In this document: one piece after another, positions 24,564 through 37,171 of the stretch
Position numbering within the stretch: the stretch's first letter is position 1
Layout: every line of letters begins with the position of its first letter
Assembly (NCBI GenBank): GCA_046563655.1
Contig: CM102289.1
Coordinates: 3,162,001 to 3,226,000 of the forward strand
Reading direction: 5' to 3'
DNA from: Yuukianura sp. NJ FZ-2021
Taxonomy: Eukaryota
DNA length: 64,000 bases
The notes under the pieces: generated by a model
Database searches by the model: none
Told to the model about the DNA's origin: nothing
What the model saw: the letters and a program-made list of their open reading frames with translations, nothing else
Position numbers and translations under genes: made by a program

Positions 24564-27500
24564 CTATTTTGTTTCTTTTGCCAGCAATTGTGCTACTGTT
24601 GCTGTTCTAAGTTCTTGAATCGGAATGAAAATTCCAAATCCCTGTTCCATCATTTGCTTAATTTCAACTGTCATTAGAGAATCCATTCCCAGTTGACCCA
24701 AATTGTAGTTCAAATCCATTTTTTTCGAATCTGCAATTCCTAAAATAGATGCCAATGAATCCAGCAAATTTATTTTTCCCGCTTCACCGCCATTTTTCTT
24801 CTTTTGGGCCATGACTACTGAAGATTTGATTCCAACTGGATTTTGAAGTAGAATATCCAATGCATTCAAGACAGATCTAGAAAACAAAAAAAAATATTGA
24901 AAAAAACAAAACAAAACATTATTCCAAAATCAGTTTCAGACAAAAGTTCCGTCAACCTTACCTGATTCTTTGTGGATGCGCAGAAGCGATGACTTTGTCT
25001 TCAGATGAACCCCCCATTTCAGATTCGACGTAACCCACGTCTCCTATTGGTCCAAACTGAAGTGCCAAACCGGGCAATCCTTCTGCAATTCTTTTCTCTA
25101 CAAGTCGTTCTGCCATAGAATTTCCAAATCCATAATTTGTTTGACCTGCATTTCCTCTAGCAGAAGTCACACTTGAAAATACACAAAAGTAGTCCAGGTT
25201 AAGTCCACAAAATTCACGACTCGCTCGGTCCAGGTTAATCGTTCCAAATACTTTTGGAGAAACAGCAGCTTCGAAATCGCTTAAACTCATAGACTCAATA
25301 AACGAATCTCGTAGAACCATTGATAGGTTGAAAATTCCACCAATAGGAGCTCGGAGTTGGTCAGACGCCATTTTGAATGCTTCTCGCAAGCTATCGTAAT
25401 TGGTGACATCAGTTTTTGGACAAAGCACTTCTGCTCCTGCGCGTTTCCAATTGGCACAGTGGTATCGTTGATACGAATTGGTGACTCCAGATCGATTGCA
25501 CAATATGAACTTTCTTCCACCGCGGGAAATCATCCAGGACACAATTTCAATTCCAGTTTCTCCTAAACCGCCTACTAGAATGTAGGCTTTTGATGGATCA
25601 AAGTACGTCCGAGGAACTGCTAGTGTCTGAATTCGGGCTGCGTCGTTGTTTTGACCGCGCATGCGCACAATGACCTTATGTGGAGTCGATTCTTTGGAAA
25701 TCCCGCGCAGAGCCTCCTGTACATCTTCTTTGTTGTAGTAAATGGCTGGAAGTGGTTTGAGAAATCCAGCGAATAGGAATTCCTTAAACTTGAGAGCCAC
25801 GCAAGCAGTTAGTGGATGATTCTGTTGGAGTAATTCTGAAGGTGCGATCTTGTGAACAGAAATGTTGGTTGCAGCTTTCGGAACTTCTGATTCAGTCGTG
25901 AAATCAAGAAATCTGCCGTTGTTTTTCAGCGTTACGGGAAATTTCTTGAGCGCAATTGGTCCCTCCACGTTGAGAATGACATCAGCATGTCTCAGTTTTG
26001 CAGAAGTCATACGTTCATCGTCGTCAAAGAATATATTTTCATTAGCGATCTGCAATTGAAAAAATTAAGTAAACTGCACACTGTATTTTTTTTATAAAAT
26101 AAGCTTTTTCGAAAAATTTTTTGGAATTGTGAATCTTACAAATGGAAATGTTGTTTTCAAGAACTCCCGCTCTTTTAAACTCGGGGAGCAGATCAACACG
26201 GTGCACTTGAGAGCATTGGCTAAATGAATGGCCGCTTGGCCCAATGGTGTGCTTCCGTTCGTCACCAATATCGTTTCACCTTCTCTCAAGTTGCCCCGAA
26301 ATAGAAGTGCATATATTGCCTGTAAGAAAAAATGCAGTTAGAAAACGGAACCCAACATATTTCAAATTCTCTGAATAAGTAAACAACAAGAATTAAATTG
26401 ACGGCAATTTTGAAATGTAAAAATTCTTACCGTAAAGTACGACATAGGCAAAGTGGCGCCATCTTCCAAAGTTATGTTGCCAGGCAACTCAGTGGAGAAT
26501 CCGTTCGGTCCAATCTGCATTGTAGTTCCAAGTGCAGCAGAATCCGCAATTCCGATGATTCGTCGTCCCTCGCTATCAGTTCCAGAAAATTCAATTGCGA
26601 ATTTCCTGGTGGAGTTTTTCAAAACTCCTTGGGAAATTTGATGAGACGCTTCCGTAAGTTCTGCTAAATTCAAGGAAGCAAAATGCGTTTGAACAAATTT
26701 TTCTGTTTCAACTGCATTAGTGTACGGAGTAGCTTGAATCCAATTGAACGATTGTGGATCTCCTTCTGTCACCATGTCCAGATAGCATTCCTCAGTTTCT
26801 TGTAGTCTGAGGGGTGGCAGTTCACGGTGGAGATAGAATCCATGCGTACCGTTGGAATCAACTACGTTATGAACCAATTCCAAACTCAAAATGGCGCTAA
26901 ACTGCTCATTTGAAATGTCGAATTCATCGCGTTGAGAAGAAATATAGCGAACTGAAGTTCCGCCGGGTTCTTTGCGTAAGCACTTCACTAATCCAACAAT
27001 TCCAGTTTCAAAATCTTGAGGTTGTGCAGTTAGTAAAATTTGTACAGTGGGATCCAACGCTGCTTTGGTCATCGCTGCCTTCAAAGTGTCAAACCACTCG
27101 TAAGTCAATGTGTTCACCGGAATTACAACTTTGGAAGCACCAGATTTGTCCTGCTCAATCTGAAACAAAGGTAGATATGCGAAAATTATTTACCAAATAT
27201 CACACTCTCCGTTTATTTTTTGTATTTTGTATGTTGTTGTGAAGTTTTACCTTTCGCATGAGGTACGCCACTTTGTCATTGAATTTCTGAATTGCGACAA
27301 GCTTTAGATCGCTGATCTGAAGCCGTAAAATGTCCCATTTCGTTGTATTTAGCATGATAACGAACGCTTTGTTCGGAATGATTCCTGGAACCAATGGGAG
27401 AAGTTCTGGAGAGTGAATAACAACGACATCAGCAGCAGCGTTCGGCGCAAGCGCTTTGAATTCTTGCAGAAAATTTTCCGATTCGGATTCCTTAATCACA

Positions 27501-30500
27501 ACGCCTTCTTCGGCACGAAGTTCAGACCAATCTTCATTTTGCCAGTCTTTGGATTTGAACACTGTCTTTTTCACCTAAATTTTTACAATTAGCATTTTAG
27601 CAAATTAGGATTTCGGAAAATATACACTAGTACTTTGGATTTTGTGGACGCAAAACTTTTAAGCACGGTTTATTAGATTGCATAGAGTCGATAACGAAGT
27701 TAAGCTTACCATGTACTCTGTTCTGAACATATCAATTTCCTTGAAGTGATTCACCAGCGCCTCCTCCGGATTGGCCACAAACTCTACATAATCCAGCATC
27801 AACTTGTCAGAATTGTCTATAACAATGTCCATAAGCGCAGTAGTTCGAGTAACGGCAGAAACTGATTCTGAATTGTGATATGGGAAGAACACGGCATCGT
27901 TTAACATTGGGGCACGTTGAGACAGTGGCTTTCTTGTAGCCCTCTTGGTTCCCATTCCCTCCAATTGAAGCCCTGGACAGAAGATTGAGTTTGTTGCTTC
28001 GTTCACTAAAGCGGGAAGTCCTTCTGTTTGAAACGTTGGATTATTTTCAAAGTATTGCTGAACTAGACCGGGGTCAATCACTACTCGCTCAATCGAGGCA
28101 GGAAGATCCAAATCTCGACTACTTTTGGTCAAAATGAGAGACTGGAGCAGAGAATCCAGAAATGACACCCAGTGATTGGTCCATTTGACTTTGGCGGCTC
28201 CTCGTTCCATTGAATGTGATTGGATCCCACGAAATTTTGGTTTGTACTCGTACCCCCGCAGTTTAAGTTCTTTGTAAATATCATTTGTCGTCATTTGATC
28301 AGATCCAAAGGCTTCAGTAAATTGTTCAAAAGGAAATTCATGTGTTTTGGTGCCCAGTTTTAGAATTTTTCCAGTTGCCAATAGACTATTGGATTCTTCA
28401 ATTTCAAAATGGCCGCTGTTGTTTAGGATTTGCACAAACAGTCTCAGGTTGCCTAATTTAAAAACAAGTATAAATTGAGGAAATCGTTGAAATTATAACC
28501 GACGAAGCTTCAGCATCAAAAATTGTAACGTACTTTCTTTAGACAGCAAAATCGGGCGATGAAATTGAACTGATTCAAAAATCACTGGGAAGTTTTCTGG
28601 ACTGGATTCGTTCAAAGATGCAAATGTTCTCCAAGTGGCATACTAGAAAAAAGGGAAAAAAAAATGTTTTGAAAAAATCCAGTTTTCAAAATTTTTGAAA
28701 AACCTGTGATTGTTCTTTGTGAATGTACTTACCAAGTACATTGTGACTGGACAAATATTTCTTCCATCAATTACATGGTCAGCTAAGAACGAATAATCGT
28801 CACTGCTAAGAGACACGTCAACAATTCCTTCACCGGTCATCCTATGTGGCTATAAGTATTCCAAAGTAAAGTTAGGTTAATTTTTAAGTTAAACTAGATT
28901 CTGTTTAGGGTAGTTAGGATTTCTCACCTTCTTGAAACTTCCGACGTCCCAAGAGACAGAGTGATTCCATTGGACAAATGGAGCAATCATGGGCGTGTCC
29001 ACGGAAACCGGAAATTTGACTTCCTCGTACAGTTTTCCAAAATTTACCGAAATTCCTTGCAAGTAGATGCTGCCCAATGCTTCCAAGAAATGCTTGAGGG
29101 GATCCTGTGCATCTTTTCTAGTCAGTCCAATTCGTTTACAATTGACACTGATTCCTCTGCGCAAAAGAGCTTGTAGTAAAGCATGTGGACCCAGCTCCAA
29201 AATAACTGCATCTTCCGGGATGCGATCCAGTGCAGCAGCGAAGTTGACAGGAGACAAAATATTGTTGGCATGGTAGTCAAGGTTGCAAATTTTACCATCC
29301 TCTGCGTCATCATCCACGACTGAAGTGCTAATCCACTTTTGAGATCTGGATTTTGGATTTGTTGTAAGTCCTGGAATGCGTCCATTGCCAAGCATATTTT
29401 TCAGCTCCGCTCCAGCGGGAAAGACGTATTTTGAGTGAAAAGCGAAACCGTTCGTCGGAACTTCTCGGGCGAAAATTCCTTCGGCTTTTAGCGTAGCGAC
29501 AAAGGAACGTATAGAGTCTTCGGGACCAGAAAGTGTGACGCTGTCTTTTGTGTTGTGACAAGCCGGGAAAATATCAGTTGGGCATCGTGCTGCCAGATAT
29601 GCCCAACTCTGACCAACGGCAGCCATGCTACCTACGATGCAATTCTTCTGCGCAGTCGCAAGGGAAATGCCTCTCCAATAGGCTAGTTCAATTGTTTCTT
29701 CATGTGTGAGGCAATTGTCGGCGTAGCTGCAACTGACTTCTCCAACGGAGTGTCCAATGATTCCATCGGGTTCAATTCCCAAGCTTCTTAAAGTATCAAC
29801 GAGTGCAATCTGGTCAAAATTGTAATTTTAAATTCAAGGTCAAAGGTGAAAGAGTTGGTTTGCAGTAAAAATAAAAGTTACCTGAGTTGAGACAATGTTA
29901 ACAAATGAGTCTGTAACGGTGTCAAATGTTGCTGAATTTAATTTTGACAGAAGATCATAGCCAAGTGGCGCCAAAATTGCAGCGCTTTTCTCCATAGACT
30001 TTCGAAATGGTTCGATTTTCATCAAATGAGCTACAGAGGATTGGGAACCCATTCCAGAAAAAATGTAGAAAATTGGTTGGTGTTTACCTAGTGGCACTTC
30101 CTGTGAAAAATATTTAAAGCGTTGGTTTTTATCATATTCTCAATTAAAAAGTTGGAAATTTCAGCAAGTTGCAAATCGGGTAAAATATGTTCTTGTTCGG
30201 AAAGGATGGTGAAAGTTATGTGCATTGTAAAACAAAGCACATAATTGAAAAAAAATTGGTAAAAAAAATTTGCAATTGCAAAACGGAATTGCAATTCTGT
30301 AAGCTTTATAATTCTTACTAACCTCAATCTGTTTGGCTTCCAGACGACTTCCATTAATGTGGTGTATCGGCCAATTTAAATAAATCTAGTATTTATTTAA
30401 TCAAAACTTAAATCTAGGATTAAGTGTGTGTTGGTCGACACCTGACTGCTGAGTGACGAAAAGTGTGGTTTTTGGCAGGGTGGTGGTGACTCTCAAAGTT

Positions 30501-33500
30501 ACCGCCACTCTGGACTCTAAATCTAAACTTATGGGAAGTTGAGATAGGCGCTGAAAAGCGCCGAAACACTACATTCCTTCCCCTCTAAGAAAAGCCACTT
30601 GCCAAAACGTTTGGAAGGGGAGAGAGAAGGACAAGGACCCCAGCATCGTGGTACTTGGTGGGAACCACTGCTTAAGACGGTGGAGGTGGACGAGGCCTCC
30701 AGCAGCACCAAGGTTTTACTAAAACCATCCGCTGAGGGGGTGAGGAAGGTTAAGGTTAGGAAGTGAAGTGACCTTTCACTAAAGAGGAGGTTACAAACAG
30801 AACTGGGGACCTTACTCTAACCTTAGAATTATGTACACTAAAACCGTTACAGTTCAGTTTTTCTTGCCTTTAGCGACACGCGGAAGAACCGGACGACGTA
30901 GAGTCGGTGCAGGGCCTGGAGTTGCTTCCGGGGAAGTAAAAGGACTTTGGTTAGGGCACGTTGTAGTGTAGTCGTCTTCGTCCGGAGACTCATTTTCCGG
31001 AGAGGGTTTAGAATCGGCGTGATTGTTCTCCGTAGGAAGGTGCGGAGTCAGAATCGGAGCGGACGAATAGAGAGACGAGACTTTCCGTGACTTTGGAGTG
31101 GACTGTGGACTTCGTGACGTCACTGGCTCTGGGACTGCAGTGTTCAACGCCACTTCCTCCCTCTCCAAACGAAACGAAAACAGTGCCAATTGTTCGTCGA
31201 CCTTTGACCTTGGTGAGAACCGGATTGGACGAGCGTTGAGGGACCTCTGTTTGGTGTCCTCGTCGTGTACGACTTTTGCACGGGTATCCGTGGCTGACTC
31301 GGTTGGATTTTGAAAAACTGTAATAGACTCATTGAGAACACTTTCCAATGTTAAGTTTTTCACAAAATTGCAACTTGACAAACTTTTACCAATTTCAAAC
31401 CAATTTAGTTTTACCTTACCCATAAGGTCACGGCCAAGTAGAGAAGAACCAGTTGTGACTGGGAACCGATGTGACACAATTTCACCATGGTACATGACTG
31501 TCGTCAGTAACTCACCCTTTGGTCGAAATGTCACGTCTGGATATCCTTTGAAAACGAGGTTTGACTTTTCCAAAGTCGGAGAACCGAGCGATTTCCAAAA
31601 ATCCTCGGAGAGCAGACTGTGCTCAGAACCTGTGTCTAATTCAAAGGAATGGGAAACACCATTGACAATTAGACTTACACACAGTTCCTTACGTTTGACA
31701 GAGTGAACGTGGTTCACTGTCGAAATATTTGAGATTCTGCTGTCGGCAGAATTATCACGTCGGTCATGGACTGACTTTCCCTTTGACCTGCAGAATTTAG
31801 CGAAATGACCCCGTTTTCCGCACGAGTGACATTCCACGTCCTTTTTGTCACAGTCCCTAGCACTGGAGTGACGATTGGATCCGCAATTAGGGCAATTCCT
31901 GTTTTGGTTATCCTGTGGGACATGATTAGACTTTGGTTGAAACTTTTTACCATTACCCTTCCCTTCACGAAAAACAGCGTTGACGATCTCCTCGTTCTGT
32001 TCCGAGTTCCCATCACGAATGAGCTGTTGCGACTTGGTCGCAAGTTCATGCGATTGGGCTAGAGAGAGTACGTCGGCGAGGGAGATGTCGTTTTCCTTTG
32101 TGAACAGTTGTTTCTGCGCTGCGGCGTTACCTAATCCTAGGATAAACTGATCACGGAGACGAGTGTCAAGACAACATGTGAATTTACAAGTTGTGGCTAA
32201 TTTCCTTAGTTCAGCCAAAAATTCAGCAACTGACTCACCATGTTGCTGTACCCTTTTACCAAATTTGAAACGTTCCGAAATCACCTTCGGAGACGGTTTG
32301 AAGTGACTCGACAACGTGTCGATGAGAACTTGTAGTGACTTTGACTTAGGATCCTCAGGCGACAGAAGATCCTTCAGTAGCGTGTACGTACGCATGCCCA
32401 GAGACGAGCAGAAGACGGCTCTGCATCTTGTCTCTTGTTCCTTTTCGTCAATTCCATTTGACAGAAGAAAGAACTTGAACAGATCAGTCCAATCGTTAAA
32501 GTCGTCCTTGTCCTGGTCGAAGGACGGAACCGAACCGATAACGTGGACGAACTGGGTCGTTTTGGAAGAGCTGCCAGAAGCCATGTTATGCTGTTCCTCA
32601 GATATGATCAGTTATACAACTCACAATGATTCGATAATGTAACGTTATGGGGAGAGGTGAATTTCGATTTACCGTGCCCAAATTGTTTACGATTACCGTT
32701 ATCCAGTTGTGTGGTTGTTGCCTTCCAGTGATGTATAATTGCTTGTTGACTAGCCACGCCAAATGTGGTGTATCGGCCAATTTAAATAAATCTAGTATTT
32801 ATTTAATCAAAACTTAAATCTAGGATTAAGTGTGTGTTGGTCGACACCTGACTGCTGAGTGACGAAAAGTGTGGTTTTTGGCAGGGTGGTGGTGACTCTC
32901 AAAGTTACCGCCACTCTGGACTCTAAATCTAAACTTATGGGAAGTTGAGATAGGCGCTGAAAAGCGCCGAAACACTACAATTAAGAACAGCGTAACCACG
33001 GAACGGATGCCCGGGAATGTTCAATTTGTGGATTTCATGACTCAGGGCTGCTAATTCTTTGTGGTGTTCAGTTTTCGCCAACTATATGTAAAAAAAATGA
33101 AGTTACAATTTTTTTTATTTTTAAAAATTTTGGAAATTCTTTGCTCTACCTTATTCAACGCAAACTCGACTGCTTCCGAGGTTCTGCCCGAGAAGGGAAC
33201 AATGAGCGGAATGGAATCGCATTCTGGCGTTTGAAATTGCGCGCCAGGTTTAAAAATTCCATGAACATTGGCTCCGCCCCACCCAAACGAGTTGAGTCCA
33301 AACAGCCCCCGCTCCCATTTTGTATTTTGAGTGACAACCTTGAGGCGTCCGTCAGTCAGCGCAGGAATCTCAGGATTTGGAACATTGTAGTGCAGGTTGG
33401 CCGGTATGAGGCCTGTTTGGGCAGCGACAACCATTTTGGCGACACTGGCAAGACCAGCGACAGGTTCCAAATGACCGACGTTACTTTTGACAGAACCAAT

Positions 33501-34712
33501 CAGAAGCGACTTTTCACGTGTCCCTCCTGAACAGAATACTTCAGCAACAGAGTTCAGTTCTTGTGGATCTCCAGCCTTGGTTCCAGTACCGTGAGCTTCA
33601 AAATACTCGATACTAGATGGCTCCACTCCAACTTCTGCATAAGTCTCCTCCAACAGAATTTTTTGAACTTGACCTGAAGGGAATGTCAAACCATTTGCTT
33701 TGTAACCGTCAGTGTTGCTCCGAATGTTGACGATTGTTAAGTATTCTCGTCGAGCAGAAGATTTCTTTTGCAAAAGTATCACAGCAATTCCTTCACTTCG
33801 AACGTATCCGTCACCTAATTGATTTTAGCAAAAACGAAGGCTAATCAATTTCAGCTAAAGTTAGTTAAGATTCCGCTTTTTATAATAATTTATGACACTG
33901 TTTAGGTTTAAAATTTCACAGGCTTACCTGAGATATCGAAACTTTTACATTTTCCATCAGCCGAAAACATGCCTAGTTTGTGACTATGGAACGACACGTA
34001 AGGATGGAGAACCAAATTTGATCCGCCGACAATTGCCGAATCGCATTTTCCTAGCCGAATGGCGTTGACTGCCGATTCGAGTGCAATCATACTTGAGGAA
34101 CAGGCAGTATCAACTGGAAAGCTTGGGCCTTTGAGGTCAAAAGTAAACGAAATCCGATTGGCTATCATGGACCTGTGATGTCCAGGAGAGACATAACCAT
34201 TGATAAAATCGGGATGAGCAGACAGGAAAGTTTCCGAATCGCTTCCAGACATGCCAATAAACACTCCGGTTTTCGTTCCGCGAAGTTCAACAGGATTCAT
34301 TCCTAAAACACAGGTTTAGTAGAACTCATAGTAATCCAAACAAAACTTGTTTCTTCGAAATCCAAAAATTTGGAATTCAAAAGCTTCAGATTTGAGAAAA
34401 AAATTTCGGCGTACCTGCGTCAACAATAGCTTCATGTGTCAGTTCCAGGAGCATGCGCATTTGAGGATCCATTGACTGTGCCTGTTTATGATGAACTCCA
34501 AAGAACTGAGCATCGAACTTGTCCAGGTTCATGATTCGTCCATTCCGTTCTGGCAGACCGAGAAATCCTGGAGTCCATCTTGGACGTTCCCTCGTCACCA
34601 TATCTTGACCACTCAGAAGTTTTTCTTGAAAAACTTCCATGTTGTCCGAATCCGGCAGCTTGGCTGAAATTCCGGATACGACGATGTCTCCCGTGAACAA
34701 GGTGAAAGGCAT
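24564..34712 (-). CDS. Fatty-acid-synthase-like type I megasynthase (KS-AT-DH-psiMT-psiER-KR-ACP, no TE), ~2057 aa, 14 exons; exon 4 is interrupted by an LTR element
   Basis: Exons: 34712-34415, 34302-33928, 33814-33150, 33081-32980 + 30352-30323, 30100-29882, 29809-28928, 28849-28733, 28642-28534, 28452-27710, 27574-27251, 27159-26431, 26319-26140, 26049-24962, 24876-24564 (6174 nt, in frame). Motifs: KS DTACSSS / EAHGTGT / KSNVGH; AT GMGSQ / GHSVGE / AFHS; DH HVIDGRNICP / LDSLLQ; KR GGLGETG / VLRD / FSS / GQTNYGFGN; ACP LGMDSL. Confidence 0.93.
30358..30573 (-). repeat. 3' LTR
   Basis: Appears identical by eye to 32764-32979. Confidence 0.95.
30854..32584 (-). CDS. Gag-protease ORF, truncated at the start of RT (576 aa)
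   Basis: Gag capsid motifs (QQHGESVAEF, RLRDQFILGL), zinc knuckles (CPNC..H..C, CHSCGKRGHFAKFC) and an aspartic protease (LDTGS, LLGRD). The pre-RT ARPIRF segment is fused to a P/S-rich tail. No RT, RNase H or integrase core. Confidence 0.9.
   Translation of the reverse strand: MASGSSSKTTQFVHVIGSVPSFDQDKDDFNDWTDLFKFFLLSNGIDEKEQETRCRAVFCSSLGMRTYTLLKDLLSPEDPKSKSLQVLIDTLSSHFKPSPKVISERFKFGKRVQQHGESVAEFLAELRKLATTCKFTCCLDTRLRDQFILGLGNAAAQKQLFTKENDISLADVLSLAQSHELATKSQQLIRDGNSEQNEEIVNAVFREGKGNGKKFQPKSNHVPQDNQNRNCPNCGSNRHSSARDCDKKDVECHSCGKRGHFAKFCRSKGKSVHDRRDNSADSRISNISTVNHVHSVKRKELCVSLIVNGVSHSFELDTGSEHSLLSEDFWKSLGSPTLEKSNLVFKGYPDVTFRPKGELLTTVMYHGEIVSHRFPVTTGSSLLGRDLMGKVKLNWFEIGKSLSSCNFVKNLTLESVLNESITVFQNPTESATDTRAKVVHDEDTKQRSLNARPIRFSPRSKVDEQLALFSFRLEREEVALNTAVPEPVTSRSPQSTPKSRKVSSLYSSAPILTPHLPTENNHADSKPSPENESPDEDDYTTTCPNQSPFTSPEATPGPAPTLRRPVLPRVAKGKKN
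32764..32979 (-). repeat. 5' LTR
   Basis: Direct repeat of 30358-30573. Confidence 0.95.
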
Positions 34713-37171
34713 TTTCAAATCAGGTCAATTTTTTAATTCTAAGATTCCTCACTTCCAATCTTTTATGAGAAATATGCGCTTATTTCAGTTTCCTGTATTT
34801 TGTATTAATTCTGCTTGTTTTGAGTTAGACTACGTTGTCTTTTGATTCAAACCGACGTTTGTACTGAAACTGCTGCTACCAGAGTAGCTGAAGTTGAACT
34901 GTGCGTTGAAGTTTTCCGAGTGACAAAATGAAATTTTTTCGTCCAGTTATATACAAATCGAAAAAGCATTAGTCCTTCCTGGATTCATGGATTTATGACA
35001 AAAATGTAAATTGAAGTGGGGAGTTTAGATTATGGTTGTTATTGAGTGACTTCCATGAATGATGTCAGTCAGGATGAAATCATAACTTATACCTTATTGT
35101 TGAGCTAAAAACGTGTCTGGAGTCGTAAGGTAGCAATCCAGATAATCTAAAAATATAAACCTTGACTTCAAACTTTGGAACTGTCATGTCCATTTCCACG
35201 GCGTCTGTCCAAGGACGTAATGTTGTGAACAGATTTTCATGGACATAAACATTTCCTCAGAAGTTATGCTAATACTGTGCCTGTTTGAGTCTGTTTCCTT
35301 GGCTTCCCTTGACCTAGAGTTAGTTGCGTAAGCCATGTTAACGCAACGGTAGGTGTAACTTTATAAGTTCCGTAGGTTAATGTAATGATAAAATTGATCA
35401 TGAACCTTTCTGTTTTCACTTTTATAAATAGTAGAGAACATGTTTTGAGTGATGTCATGAGAGTGGATAGGTATGGAAATAGTTGACTTGAAACAAACGA
35501 GTTCCGTGCAGTTGATCAGTTCGCATTATTTGGTGACTTCATGAGTTTACACGCAAATGTAGCATGTCTATTTGGAACACTTGAAAATTGTTTACGCAGA
35601 GTATGATGTCAGTTTGATTCCCGACCCGATACTCAATACGCATATTTGTTTTAGTAATTTAATGAAAACTGAAGAGTTAATTATTTATTTATTAATTATT
35701 AACTTGAGTGAATTATTTCACATTAATCATGCCAAATTGCGACTTTCTTACACAAAAACAATTTTTGTTTCGGTCTTTTTCCAAACAATTTGTTGCGTAT
35801 CTGCTCAAAATTCCTCAAAAGTTATAACTTTTGACGTGTCACAAAACCACTGGAATGCAAAACCCAAGGCTAAATATCAAAATTTCAAAGTCTCATGTAC
35901 TGGTTTTATAACTTTGAGCATTTTGTTTCTAGGAATTGTATAAATTGTTAAAATTTTTTAGTAAAAGAAGAACTTGATAAAATTCAACATTTCCTAAAGC
36001 TGCTTAAATAGGTTTCCTACAAAAAAAATTTTTTTTGTTCAGATTTTCATTGATTTATAGTCCTTGCATTTTAAATTTTAAACGACAAAACAGTATGTAA
36101 TTTTGCCATTAAAATGCTCATAAAATGTCCAAATCGGAGATAATTATTAGTTTTACTTTCAACCGGATGGTTTCAATAATTCTTTGCCAAGTCATGTTTT
36201 AAAGTAGTTACCTCCAAGGCTACTTATTCTTGTCTTACCAAGCCATTGGCATATCACTCTCACAAAAACATGTAATTTTGGGTGTTGAATTCCGATTTAA
36301 ATTTTAGCATTTCCAATTTTACATTGATTTTCCATGTCAGTTCATGTAATGTTTGCATTATTTTAAATTCAGCCTTAGTGCCCTTCGGCGTCCGCTTTAA
36401 GGAAAGTTTGGGAATTAAATATAATTAAGTAACTTTGCATGTGAAGTTAACAGTTAATGGTTGGCTTAGGAAGATTTTCGGCTGTGATAACTTCCAGAAT
36501 AAAAAGGCAACCGCAACCGCACTGCTTCTTCTGAAGTATCTGAAGGCGTTTTGCACAATATCCTACAAGAATTTTCAAGTCTGGACCGTTGCGTTGTCAA
36601 AAATGCTCACTACCTTCGAATTGAGCGTTTTCAGAAAATTTTTAGCATCTGCTACTAAATATAATTTACTTGAAGTCGAATACAGCCAAGAGCTGGATAA
36701 ACTCGTAGTTGTTAAAGGTGGTAAATTGCGTTTTATTGGAACAATTGCGTTAGTTATTCATTGTGCAGGCGTTGCTGTTTGTCTACTTCGAGCGATCACG
36801 ACGGATTCCATTAGCCTAAAAGCTGTTGCAGCGTTTATGAGTTTGACAGTCTTGGTCGGAGTTGCGTATCGCATTCCAATGATGTTAAATACCAACGAGG
36901 TTGTTACTCTTGGCAACAACATTTTGGTGATCAACGATGTCTTGAGTAATTTTATCAATCAATCAATCAATTTTTATTTGATTTGGCCTTTTGCCCTATC
37001 AATTACAAATCCTGCAGCTCATTTAAGTTAAAAGTAATAAAACAAATTAGCAAAGTCAAGTAGGTAGAAAAATTAAAATAAGTAAGAAGATGTAAGTAAT
37101 ACGAAGTCAAAAGTAGAATTAGGGGGACTTAATGATGTGTGCAATGGGAGAGAATTAGAGGTGTCCCGCGG

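Larger units (their letters stand above)
30358..32979 (-). mobile_element. Non-autonomous Ty3/Gypsy-like LTR retrotransposon (internal pol deletion)
   Basis: Two 216-bp TG...CA LTRs. 5-bp TSD ATTAA at 30353-30357 and 32980-32984. PBS-like TGGCGTGGCTA next to the right (5') LTR and polypurine tract AGAGGGGAAGGAA next to the left (3') LTR. Confidence 0.96.

Noticed and set aside
24564..34712. Calling the gene canonical FASN, or a horizontally acquired bacterial/fungal PKS
   Set aside because: It lacks the TE and ER motifs expected of housekeeping FASN. Its motifs are animal-FAS-like and it has 13 spliceosomal introns, so nothing here indicates recent HGT.
34925..34955. TATA (TATATAA) plus Inr-like motif upstream of the synthase on the minus strand
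   Set aside because: Plausible spacing, but such motifs are common in AT-rich DNA and there is no transcript evidence.
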